A stretch of DNA of 63,987 bases, the filler included, from Octopus bimaculoides (taxonomy: Eukaryota): NCBI RefSeq assembly GCF_001194135.2. It is 6 parts of 5 records of this genome, joined end to end, with 100 filler letters (N's around TTAATTAATTAA, not from the genome) between each part and the next. Parts side by side here need not be neighbours in the genome. Positions count along the whole stretch, not along the records: positions 1 to 21,778 come from NC_068991.1; positions 21,879 to 41,334 come from NC_068983.1; 4 more parts are not named here. One strand, given 5' to 3'. The notes under the pieces are model-generated. The model ran no database searches. It was given only the letters and a program-made list of their open reading frames with translations, and had not been told where the DNA came from. The first letter of the stretch is position 1. Every line of letters begins with the position of its first letter. Position numbers and translations under genes: made by a program. Positions 11,919 to 23,528 of the stretch are shown one piece after another.

Positions 11919-12574
11919 CTGTGAAAGAGAGGAAAGAATAATTGTAACACTAGTTAAATGAAACAAACCTGTAACGTGCTGTGAAACATAACAAAATGGC
12001 AATGGTACTGTTAGTATAACATTTGACAGAAGAATCGTCATATTTTAAGGTACCTATTTAATAAATATGTTGCTTGGTGAGGTAAAATATACAAAAACTA
12101 ATTTTGTAAGAACCATCTGTGTGAATGTATGTATATATGAATTTGTGTACAAGTGCGCACACACAGACACACACACATACACACACACACACGCACACAC
12201 ACACACATATCCACATACACACACACATATACATATATATGGATGTCTAAGCTATGGGGAAGATATGGCGACTCATCTTCAAGGATGGCAGAGAATGCGT
12301 GTATTAGTTAACAACTTACCTAATATCTGGTATGAAACCTATAGGAAAGATTGGCTGTAATGGATCTATGATAGTGTACTATGTATATATGTGTGTGTGT
12401 GTGTGTGTGTGTATGTGTGTGTGTGTGAAGGCGCATGGCTCAGTGTTTAGAGCGTCAAGCTTACGATCGTGAGGTTGTGAGTTCGAATCCCGAACCGAGC
12501 TGCATGTTGTGTTCTTGAGGAGGACACTTTATTTCACATTGCTCCTGTTCACTCAGCTGTAGAAATAAGTTGCG

Positions 12575-12840
12575 ACTCCATGAATTTTTCTCTCTCCTTC
12601 TTAAATCTCGCTAGTTGTTTGGAGACAAGAGCTGTTCTACTTTCTGGTCTCTACGTGTCTTGAGGATCGAGGAACGTTCGCACGTTCCGTGTTCCAATGG
12701 TCAATTTAATTAATTCACTTTCTGTTGTTCGACCGCTTGAATAGACGCGGCTTACCAGCCAGGATTCTGTGCTGACATCCGATTCTTTATCCAACGTGTT
12801 TCTCCATGTTTTTCCTAGCCCATTCTTACTAATTTTGACA
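12575..12840 (-). mobile_element. RTE-clade LINE fragment (ORF start / APE endonuclease N-terminus)
   Basis: Minus strand translates LTIGTRNVRTFLDPQDT*RPESRTALVSKQLARFK, matching the RTE pattern IGTWNVRTL...RPERRTALVARELAR. Confidence 0.75.
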
Positions 12841-12844
12841 GCAA

Positions 12845-13030
12845 TTTCGAGGGGAGGAGTCAGTTGAATACATCAACGCCAGTCCTTGATTGATACCTAT
12901 TTTATCGACCTCGAGGAATGAAAGGCGAAATTTAACCCCGGTGGAATTTAAAGTCAGAACGTAACGAATCGGAAGATATGCCGCAGGGAATTTTATCCAA
13001 TGCGCTTACGATTCTGCCAACTTGTTACCC
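12845..13030 (-). mobile_element. SINE family C
   Basis: Reverse complement of the family C head and core. Confidence 0.7.
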
Positions 13031-13098
13031 TCAGCTGTAGACTCCTGGTTTAATATAGCTTTAGTTTTTATTAAGACAGATCGTAAAAAATGACTCAC

Positions 13099-13314
13099 CT
13101 GGATCACTGAAAGTCGACAGAATAAATGATGTTGGTGCATTCCTCTTGCCTTTTGTTTTTTCGACAATCTGCACAGTCTTGTCTTTTACAGCAACAATTT
13201 CTTCTTTCATCGAACCGGTGCTATCGATGACAAAAACTAGGGAACTGCGAGTGAGTCGAATGTTAAACAACCCTTGGATCTGTTTATGAGTCATGTTCTT
13301 AAATATTCCATGTT
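13099..13314 (-). CDS. VWA7: VWA7-like exon, start of VWA domain (216 nt; KHGIFK...SLVFVIDSTGSMKEEI...FILSTFSDP)
   Basis: GTTTCCAG acceptor, GTGAGT donor, phase 1-1. FVIDSTGSM is the MIDAS-type D-x-T-x-S strand of VWA7/hemicentin VWA domains. Confidence 0.93.
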
Positions 13315-13480
13315 CTGGAAACATCGGAAAAAGACAAAACAAAACAGAAAGCATCAGTATTATCGTTATCACCATGATCATCAGCATCATTATAATCGTG
13401 ATCAAGATCAATCATTTCCTCGCCGTCGGCACTACCGTCATCATCATCATCATCATCTCTCACACACACAGAGGGAGAGG

Positions 13481-13541
<61 letters not shown>

Positions 13542-13649
13542 GGACAGTGGGAGAGAATATGAATAACTTGCAGTTGCTTCAGTTATGTCACCTTACATCT
13601 TTTCTGAATTCGAACTCACCTGGGATGTATTTTACTTTATGTCCAACCA

Positions 13650-13885
13650 GACCGCATTGAGATCGATGGAATAACTGGTTCCAAATTTTGACTTGAAGCC
13701 AGTAATTTTTAGATGGAATTCTGTCGACTCCAGTACTTGACTGGTCCATATTTTATCGATATCAAAAGGTTGAAGTGCAAATTTGGCCTCGACGGGATTT
13801 GAACTCTGAACGTACGCAAAGAGCCAGAACAAATACCAGTAGGCATGTTCTCCAAAGCTCCCATGATTCAGCCAGTTCACCGCTT
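13650..13885 (-). mobile_element. SINE family C (diverged)
   Basis: Reverse complement of the family C head and core. Confidence 0.65.
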
Positions 13886-14001
13886 AAGAGATGGAATGCG
13901 TACCAGATAAGTATAAAAGTAGATTAAACGGAATACAACACCTGTCTTTACTATGAATTTACAGCCGTGTATCAAAGTTAGAAATCAACGTCATTGTTTG
14001 G

Positions 14002-14068
<67 letters not shown>

Positions 14069-14610
14069 CCCCACACAGAGTCTAATACTATTCTCTCTAT
14101 ACACCCTTCTCTGTGTTTTGTTTATTACCACTTCTTTCGAAGTTTTCAAATTATTTCAAATTATTATTCTGTATCTCAGAAGAGCCTTTATGCCGTTGAT
14201 AATAAACACATGCACTGGTTATATTTCACTTCTTTATTTTTATGCCTCCTGCAGCAAACTTGGAGTGAAGCAGGCATTTCATTGATAAGGTCACGAATGG
14301 TACCGAGACGACTTTAACAAACCTAGCTGTTTAATTGATCAAACAACTGAGTAATTAATTGGCTAAATGGTTAACCAATAGATTAAGAAAAATAAGTAAG
14401 CGAAACAGAACCAGAGCGTGTGTTTATTATTGACCGTCCCGAGAAACAACAAAATTAGTACATGAGTTCACATCATGTGTTTCAACACTTGGGTTTACAT
14501 AAAAAATCTTGTAAACTAAATATAAGAATGAACTAAAATGATACGTAAACGTATATAGAATATGTTTGGCTCGAATCCATTTGGTTTAACAAAACAGATG
14601 TGGTACTAAC

Positions 14611-14796
14611 TTTCGTGAGTAAAAAACTTCTCTGTTGCTTTAATTGCTGCCCATGCTGCAGCGCGATGAAGATAGTGATGTGGTGACAATAAGGGATTGC
14701 TGGAATCTTTGTTTATTCCACCAGATGGCGTTTCTTTCCGGCTTTCATCGAATTTTCCACCATGACTGCATTTACCTTCATTTGGATTTTTTTGCA
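14611..14796 (-). CDS. VWA7: VWA7-like exon (186 nt; VQKNPNEGKCSHGGKFDESRKETPSGGINKDSSNPLLSPHHYLHRAAAWAAIKATEKFFTHE)
   Basis: TTTGTTTCCACAG acceptor, GTTAGT donor, phase 1-1. KCSHGG..D..GGINKD...SPHH.LH..AA is the VWA7 family signature. Confidence 0.93.
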
Positions 14797-14942
14797 CTGT
14801 GGAAACAAAAGGAAAAAAATTATACAATATATATGTATGTATGTATGTATGTATTTATGTATGTATGTATGTATGCATGCATGTATGTATGTATGTATGT
14901 ATGTATGTATGCATGTATATGTGTATGTATGCATATATGTGT

Positions 14943-15333
14943 GGAGGCGCAATGGCCTAGTGGTTAGGGCAGTGGACTCGCGGTCATAGGATCGCGGTTT
15001 CGATTCCCAGACCGGGCGTTGTGAGTGTTTATTGAGTGAAAACACCTAAAGCTCCACGAGGCTCCGGCAGGGGATGGTGGCTAACCCTGCTGTACTCTTC
15101 CACCACAACTTTCTCTCACTCTTACTTCCTGTTTCTGTTGTGCCTGTAATTCAAAGGGTCAGCCTTGTCACACTGTGTCACGCTGAATATCCCCGAGAAC
15201 TACGTTAAGGGTACACGTGTCTGTGGAGTGCTCAGCCACTTGCACGTTAATTTCACGAGCAGGCTGTTCCCGTTGATTGGATCAACTGCAACCCTCGTCG
15301 TCGTAAGCGACGGAGTGCCAACAACAACAACAG
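14943..15333 (+). mobile_element. tRNA-derived SINE family A, full length
   Basis: Second near-identical copy, ending in (CAA)n. A degraded, gapped copy lies at about 48230-48720. Confidence 0.85.
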
Positions 15334-15478
15334 ATGATATCCAGCCTGCACATCTTTAACCCGGTTTTATAGTACAAAAAAAAAAAAAAAAAAGATTGAA
15401 AATAAAAATAAAAGCGGGAAGAGGTTTCCAGACGGCTGCAATTTTGTGGGGAGAAGAATCATGTAATAAACAAATGAA

Positions 15479-15509
<31 letters not shown>

Positions 15510-15765
15510 AATCAAGGTCTTCATCGTGAGATATGGAAGGAGGATGGTGAAAGGAAGAGAGCGTGATAAAACTCGTGAGACTGAACGGGAAAGGTATGCA
15601 GTTAATTTGTCCAGACGAGCAGAAGCTGTTGTAGTAGTGGTGCAGTAGAGGAGGTAGAGGAACAGAACAACATATTCCTGAACGAAAAACTGAAGTGTGT
15701 TATGGAATGAAACAATTTAGTCTTTTAGAAAAGTAAAAAAAAACAAACAAAAAAGAAAAAATTAC

Positions 15766-15893
15766 CATTAACTTTTTTGCCATTCCAGTAAACAGGACGG
15801 TTCCACCGTGGTTTCTTAGTGTCTTGGCCACTTCGATAACCACTTGTGAGGATGTTTCTTACGATGATGTTATTTCGGCATGTTCCAGTAATT
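15766..15893 (-). CDS. VWA7: VWA7-like exon (128 nt; ITGTCRNNIIVRNILTSGYRSGQDTKKPRWNRPVYWNGKKVN)
   Basis: ACACAG acceptor, GTAATT donor, phase 2 to 1. LTSGY is the motif found upstream of KCSHGG in VWA7 proteins. Confidence 0.88.
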
Positions 15894-16462
15894 CTGTGTT
15901 GGTAAATAGAAATTAAACACGTCTAAGAGAGTACGTAACGCTGATCATTATATATTATTTTTCTATTTTCTATGTATCTTTTACTTGTTTTAGTTATTAG
16001 ATTGCGACTATGCTGGGGCGCTGTCTTGAAGAATTTTTAGTCGAATGACACAGACACATACTACTCTTTCCTCCCACACACTCAACTCTCACTCATAAGT
16101 AAACTACGGAAGTTTAATTCCTTTGGTTACAGGAAATAATGTCGTGCTGATAACGGCTAATGAGACAGAAATACATGTCCTTGACTATTTTCTTATCTCC
16201 ATACTTCCTTTTCCCAAAAAGCATGCTTGATATTTTTCGAACTTACAGAAGATTATATCCCCTTCTCAAATGGAGGTGATCTTAATTGTCATTTGGTAAT
16301 TACACAATCCTGTGGAGGCGGAGATAATTTTGATAAATCAAGAACTTATGCAGTACGGCAATATTTTATAAAAAAGCACGTTTATAATCTGTCCCCATTT
16401 ATCTCGTGCTCTCAATTTCTCTCTCTTTCTCGAAGAAAACACACATGCACATACATACTTAC

Positions 16463-16523
16463 GAGCAGTTTTTACATGTATCCTGAAATGTGTCTGCGAC
16501 ATAAAACTCTCGTTCTTCCATGC
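16463..16523 (-). CDS. VWA7: VWA7-like gene, most 5' exon found (61 nt; xMEEREFYVADTFQDTCKNCS)
   Basis: Long pyrimidine tract + TTTTCAAAG acceptor and GTAAGT donor; phase 1 to phase 2. Supplies the C-x2-C that precedes the next exon's TCRNN..LTSGY. Confidence 0.8.
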
Positions 16524-18199
16524 CTTTGAAAATAAGAAAAAAGAAAAAGAAAGAAAATCAATTGAGTTACTTTTATGCGAATAATGATGTATTAGAATAA
16601 TACTTGATAAATGGAATCAACGCAGAAATACATATAAAGAAAGAAAACTGCTTTTCTAGAATGTCCTATATATATATATATATATGATTATATATAAAGG
16701 GCATTAAATATATCCATGAAGAAACGATGAATTTTTTCATTACGAAATTTTTCGTTATTTTTTCATTAAGAGGTTTTTTTCACGCTGACTACTTGATAAA
16801 TTCTTATAAAGAATTTATCCTATATTATATTATATATTATATAATANNNNNNNNNNNNNNNNNNNNNNNNNNNNNNNNNNNNNNNNNNNNNNNNNNNNNN
16901 NNNNNNNNNNNNNNNNNNNNNNNNNNNNNNNNNNNNNNNNNNNNNNNNNNNNNNNNNNNNNNNNNNNNNNNNNNNNNNNNNNNNNNNNNNNNNNNNNNNN
17001 NNNNNNNNNNNNNNNNNNNNNNNNNNNNNNNNNNNNNNNNNNNNNNNNTATATTCACCTTTTCGCGAAGATTTACACTTTCATTCTTTAATATTTAAAAA
17101 AATCCTTTTAACATCACTCTTAATCTGTAAGTAGGACGATGTCTTCACTATATATCTTTTAAGATGCTAATATATTTTTATACTCCAATACAGTTTTTCT
17201 AACCATATACGTCTGTTATACTTTTATATATTTATGTATCTGTAAATTTTTAATATTTTTCAATATTTTAATGAGTGATACATTAAATATATTTTAATAA
17301 TTTGTATACACCGGTTTTACAGCTGAGTATATGTTGCATTATTATTCTAAATTGCTGAACCTACCCGAATTCTCCTTTTAAATATATATATATATATAAG
17401 AAATTGTCCCATCTTCAGTCACTAGATGTCTTTTTTAATTACTGATATGACATAATATGTCACATGTGTTTGTATATTGTTTTTATTGTCCTATTAGTTG
17501 AAAAATAAACAGGTAAATTGACATAATACAATGTCTGCAAGTTGCTGAATACCACATATTCCCCTCCATTTTCTTATTGCTATATAAATTAAGGGTAAAC
17601 TTTCCTTTTAATCGCACCCGTTTATTACACTTGGCAAAAACACTAGTGTAATAATAATTGGGTATCCTTCCGGCAGTATATTGGATAGATATTATCCCTT
17701 AGTGGGTTGGATTCACAACCCCTACCTTAGATTATATATATATATATATATATATATNNNNNNNNNNTTGTCCCCCCAACATCGCTTGACAACCGGTGCT
17801 GGTGTGTTTATGTCCCCGTCACTTAGCGGTTCGGCAAAAGAGTACCGATAGAATAAGTACTAGGCTTACAAAGAATAAGTCCTGGGGGTCGATTTGCTCG
17901 ACTAAAGGCGGTGCTCCAGCATGGCCGCAGTCAAATGACTGAAACAAATAAAAGAATAAAAGAGTAAACACGCACGCATAGACAGAGCGTAATATCTCTT
18001 AGGCAGTACTTGTAAGTCATTATGTATGTGTGTATGTATGTATGTATGTCGGTGTATAATACTGTGTATGTAAAAGTGAAGAATATCTTTTCTCGTACTG
18101 AGATATTCTGACCATCTCAGTTGCACATAAATTATCGTCATGCTTGTTTAGTTTCCTCTTTGTAACTATGCTCCGTTACAATGTGGGGAAGATTGTCTC

Positions 18200-19033
18200 T
18201 ACTCTTTTAACGTGGCATATAATTAACGAAGTAGAATTTTTTGCTCTTATAACTAAATGAATGGAAATGATATGCTCAGCAGATTTTAAAGGAATTTTTA
18301 GTAAGCCTTTTCCATATTATCTACTCATTTTACTAACCCTCTTATCAGGAGATTTCTGTTGAGGGACAATTACATTTCCATAGAGGCAGTCAGATTGAGT
18401 TGGTTGTGCAGTGCTTCTGGATACTTTAAAAATGATTGTAGGAGACTTGTGATTCTGTATTGCTCAAATAACTGTAACTAATTTTAACAGAATTTCTATT
18501 GAAAGGTTTAATGGTATCTATATGGAGAAGTGCATGCAAAGTAACGTTAGAAAGTCCCTTGCATTGTTACTAGTTTAATTTATACTGTTTAAACTGACCT
18601 TCTAGATTGAGATTGCGAAACAGTGCACTTAAAATCTGAGCCAGTAGTATGACGTGAAAAAATGTAGTTCAATTACAAGGAAGCTGGACGCGTCTTCCTC
18701 TTAAAGCGACACTATTCCTAAAGCCAATTAATTATCGTCATTAACCGATAACTCCCCCGCTTAGATTATGTGTGAAATATACATGATCAAGAGCAGCTAA
18801 CAGCATGGATAGACCCTTGTGCCAGCTTACTTTCGTTTTTAATGTCTTCAGCATATATTATACCCCTGAGAAAATGAATGCTTGTGGAAACTCTGAGTAG
18901 TCGCGCAAACGGCATGAGTACATTAGTGATCATACTCAATAATACATTAAGTATTTACACTCCCACTTGTTATGATATCATAATATGCGCATATATATAT
19001 ATATATATAATATGCGGATATATATATACACAC

Positions 19034-19081
<48 letters not shown>

Positions 19082-20500
19082 GGAGGGTATATAGGTGTGG
19101 ATAAATTGATAAATTTCTACCAGGAATCAAACGGTAGCTGAAAGTGCAAAATATGTTAACTGTTTACGAGTGTCCGACAACAAATTCTTGTCCTTAATTT
19201 TCCGTATCAGATTATGGTTAAGTGTTAAACTATTATGAATAGGAAACGTCTAGAATAAGCTGTGAAATTTGCAGCAACCTTTCATATGACGCCAGCTATG
19301 AGAGAACTAAATACTTATTGTTACCAATCCTTCTTAGTAGTAAAAACTATTAACAAGAGTAGGTTGGCACCAACTAAATGGCTCGTAATAATGAAATCAA
19401 AACGCCTCATTGATAAAGAAAAGAAATAAAACGCGGTCAAGGTTGTAAAACAAAGAGGAAAAAAACGGGAAAGGGCACTTAATTGTTTAAAATCTTAACT
19501 TAGTGTTTCTCATAGCAAAGAGGCTGGTTCTAACCATGAGTGAAGGCCTGAGAAGATCGAAAAGGTGGGGGCTGGTGGTTGAGAAGAACTGACATGTTTA
19601 ATATAATCAGGATGGTTTCAAGCTTTTAAAACTCGTCCAACACATTGGCGAAGAGGAAAAAGGAATGTATATAGGGGTAAAATCTTTTGTAAGGTGTGGG
19701 GAGATTTCATTAACATTTTTGAGGAGCAGACAGGTGTTTGTCAGTTTGAGAACTTTTGCTCTAACTGGCAGGTGAGATCAATGGGATAAAAGGTTCACTT
19801 TAGATACCTGTAGGTTGACTTCTAGAAAGATAGATATTAAATGGAAGTTATTGATCTGATGCAGGTTTAAGAATAACAACGAAATATTTACTGACGGAAC
19901 TGGGAAGACAATTCTGAGAGCAGAGTCATATATATACGTATTAAAAAATTCATGTTTATTGGGATTTTAAGTTCATTTAACGGCCTGTTCAACCAGTCTG
20001 GCTGAATAAGCCGTCAAACGAAACTGATTGTCCCACAAAACACCAACACACACACATAAAAGAGTAAAAGCAGAAAATCACACAGAAAATCACACTGATA
20101 TTTCAAACTTTCATCCTTAACTGCTACAGCCTACATCATATATAGCAAAATTTCATTCTTCAGTTCTTCAGCTGCTTCCTCAGACAAAATGCAAACGCCA
20201 TTATCTATACGATGATGTTTATATATTAACTGTAGAAACAGCTGTAGAAATTAAGAAACTTTAAAATGTCAGTGACATTTTTGTTATTTCTTATTGTAAA
20301 TATTTTACATTAAACATTCGTTTTAACCAAGTTATCTCTATGCAAATTACTTCTTATAATTGCCATTGCGAGCAAAATGGTTACCGACATTTCGTCTGTC
20401 TTTAGGTTCGCAGGTCAACTTTGCCTTTCATCCTTTCGGAGTTCGATGAAAAATATATAGTTTGACGTTTCGAGCATAGCTCTTCGTCGGAAAGGAGAAA
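18200..20500 (-). mobile_element. Possible highly degenerate Penelope-like retroelement
   Basis: Only a short remnant IPLNLSIEIL (18488-18517), resembling the RT segment TNIPLxETIxI, plus the hammerhead-like motif at the upstream end. No intact ORF. Confidence 0.3.
20461..20493 (-). ncRNA. Minimal hammerhead ribozyme-like motif (Penelope-type) with CCGACGA core
   Basis: Minus strand reads UUU-CCGACGA-A-GAGC-UAU-GCUC-GAAACGUC|AAA. Helix II GAGC/GCUC, ACGU palindrome in place of helix III, helix I UUU/AAA. Confidence 0.55.
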
Positions 20501-21697
20501 GGAGTGGTTAACCACTAATTCAATATGTTATGTAAGGAACATGCATGGTTGAGTGGTTAAGCAGCTCGCTTTGCATCCACGTGTGATTGCACGGAACCTT
20601 GGACAAATGTGTTCTACTATAGCCCTGGATACAACGATGTTTTGTGAGTGAATTTAATAGACAAGAAGAGATACGCACACACACAAACACTCATGCGAGT
20701 GTGTGTGTGTGTATGTGTGAAGAAGCAGAGAAGGGCAGAGAGAGAGAGGGGAGGGAGAGAGAGAGGGGAGGGAGAGAGAGAGGGGAGAGAGAGAGAGGAA
20801 GTNNNNNNNNNNNNNNNNNNNNNNNNNNNNNNNNNNNNNNNNNNNNNNNNNNNNNNNNNNNNNNNNNNNNNNNNNNNNNNNNNNNNNNNNNNNNNNNNNN
20901 NNNNNNNNNNNNNNNNNNNNNNNNNNNNNNNNNNNNNNNNNNNNNNNNNNNNNNNNNNNNNNNNNNNNNNGAGAGAGGAGAGGGAGATAGAGAGGGGAGG
21001 GAGAGAGAGAGGGGAGGGAGAGAGAGAGGGGAGAGAGAGAGAGGAAGTGAGATTTGAAGAGAAATGATTGGATGCGTTCAAGTTTCACGAGACACCAACG
21101 AAGAGTCAGTAGGACACCTCTGTAAATCCACATAGCAAGCGCTGCTGTAGTAAGGTCGCTGTTCTTGAGTCTAAATAGAATAGGCCTATTATCAAAGGCA
21201 AGCCAACCATGACGCACACATTTTTTCTTTACTACACCTCGGGCTACATTATCCATTGTGTTTCTTTGTAAAGAATGGCAGGATGTGCTTTAAAGAAGAT
21301 TTCACTGCTATTTCCACCAGTCCATGCGTCGATATAAATCGTCCCCACATTGGAGCTTAGTAATAGTGGCAGAAGAGAAAAATCTGGGAATCGACCAAAT
21401 TGCCTTTTAGTTGAGGTAAAAAATATGTGTTTGTAGTATCAGCATCGTCCGTTAATAACATTTTAATATGGAGCTCATTTTGTGGACAATAGATTCGTCT
21501 GTTATAAGTTTACAATTGATTAATGACTGATTCACGTTGATGAAAGTGATAATGTGTTGTTTGCATAATGGCGACTGAACAAATATCGCAAGAAAGTTTT
21601 GTCCGCGAGGAAGGGTTTATTGAGTTTTCCCGATGTTTACATGTGTGTATGTGTGTGTGCGTGTGTGTATGTATGTGCGTGCATATAGATGAATGTG

Positions 21698-21736
<39 letters not shown>

Positions 21737-21879
21737 GCATATTTACGTGTGTGAGAATATATATATATATATATATATNNNNNNNNNNNNNNNNNNNNNN
21801 NNNNNNNNNNNNNNNNNNNNNNTTAATTAATTAANNNNNNNNNNNNNNNNNNNNNNNNNNNNNNNNNNNNNNNNNNNNC

Positions 21880-22207
21880 TGTGAAAGTATCTGTCACTAC
21901 AGTATCGAAATGTGATTGTTTCAGTTAGTGGAATAGTTTCATTTTTAAAGTGAAAGTATTTGACATGAGTGTTTTTGTTTCACTTTTGACACGTAATACT
22001 TAAATAGTGGAGGAGATATTATGTTGCCGTGTGCTCGAACTCTGCAAGAAGTTAATAATTTTTTTTGACTAAAACACAACTGGAACCCTAAGTAAGGCAT
22101 GTGTAAAATTTGAATGAAATTGGTTGCGTAGTTCTCGAGTTTTAGGGATTCACACAGACAGACAGACAGACAGACAGACACACATTCTCATTTTCATATA
22201 TATAGAT
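21880..22207 (+). mobile_element. Non-autonomous Helitron-like element (Lep1-like architecture)
   Basis: AAATTTGAATGAAATTGG motif, (GACA)n tract and ...TATATAGAT end. A second truncated copy lies at about 63150-63375. Family assignment is by resemblance only. Confidence 0.45.
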
Positions 22208-22208
22208 T

Positions 22209-22590
22209 ATTTTACTCTTTTACTTGTTTCAGTCATTTGACTGTGGCTTTGCAAATCAACCCCAGGACTTATTCTTTGTAAGCCTAGTATTCATTCTATT
22301 GGCCTCTTTTGCCGAACTGCTAAGTTACGGGGACGTAAACACACCACCATCGGTTGTCAAGCGATGTTAGGGGGACAAACACAGACACACAAACATACAC
22401 ACACACACACACACACACATATATACACACATACAACGGGCTTCTTTCAGTTTCCATCTACCAAATCCACTCACAAGGTCTTGGTTGGCCCTAGGCTATA
22501 GTAGAAGACACTTGCCCAAGGTGCCATGCAGTGGGACTGAACTCGGAACCATGTGGTTGGTAACCAAGCTACTTACCACACAGCCACTCC
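22209..22590 (-). mobile_element. SINE family D (tRNA head + internal microsatellite + conserved tail), full length
   Basis: Head with GCACCTTGGGCAAGTGTCTTC core, internal (CA)/(TA) tract, tail ...GACTGAAACAAGTAAAAGAG. Other copies or halves at about 17768-17965, 49625-50070, 51535-51685, 52760-53115, 55500-55600 and 55850-56010. Confidence 0.8.
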
Positions 22591-22826
22591 TACACCTATA
22601 CAGCACCTAGGTTTCCCAAGCGATCACCCATCTAAGTACTCACTAGGCTCGATGTTGCTTAACTTCGGTGATCGGATGAAAACTGGTGCTTTCGATGTGA
22701 TCCGGTTCATTCTAAAGTTACTTGATGTTATTTTCTGATCTATTATATAAAGAGTAGGGTAATGTATGCATAAATGACTGTACATATACATACATGCATG
22801 CATGTGTATATATGTGCGAGAATATA

Positions 22827-22911
<85 letters not shown>

Positions 22912-23495
22912 AATATATGAGTATATGCATATATATGTACATGTATGTATATACGTTCATCCACATGTACATATAGATACATAACTGGGTACATGACGTG
23001 GCAAAAGAACAAGGACAAAAATGGTAAACAAGGTGCAACAAACAAGCAGGCCACATAGAAACATCCCCTTCATCAGCTGCCACCATTAAAACTCCGGCGT
23101 TTTGAAGAATTAAGGCAGTACGCATCGTTAAAATGGTTCTTCCCACGAACACAAATTAAATTGTTTTCGTGGAGGGTAGTGGCGGACGGAAAACAAGACA
23201 GGAAAACGAAACGGTGAAATAAACACACAAAAGGCTGTACAGCCAGACGTGAAGTGTGTATGTCTCGAATGCTGTGAAGCACGTAATATATATGTATGTA
23301 TATGTGTATGTACATGTATATCTAGATAAGCAGAAATATGAATATAAACGCATAATCCTGAACATGTAGAAGCCTGGTTGGTTATAGATAGAAGTAAATT
23401 TATAAATCTAAATATGTATGCATGTGCATGTGTATACATGTAGGTGTGTGTGTGTATGAATGTATGTATATAGTCACCTAAATACTAGTGTATAC

Positions 23496-23528
<33 letters not shown>

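Noticed and set aside
16241-16310. 63-nt segment with good minus-strand acceptor and donor between two VWA7-like exons
   Set aside because: Stops in all three frames and no supporting structure; treated as a pseudo-exon.
16770-16823. About 54-bp near-identical duplicate of 24180-24232
   Set aside because: Most likely a fragment of an unclassified AT-rich dispersed repeat; no further structure seen.
17480-17700. Minus-strand frame containing ATCRHC as a candidate upstream VWA7 exon
   Set aside because: Poor splice sites; the 16463-16523 exon supplies the C-x2-C with canonical sites and the right phase.
21823-21834. TTAATTAATTAA islands inside N runs (also about 41379, 56058, 61786, 62926)
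   Set aside because: Identical 12-mer at the centre of equal-sized gaps, with stops in all six frames: an assembly spacer, not biology.
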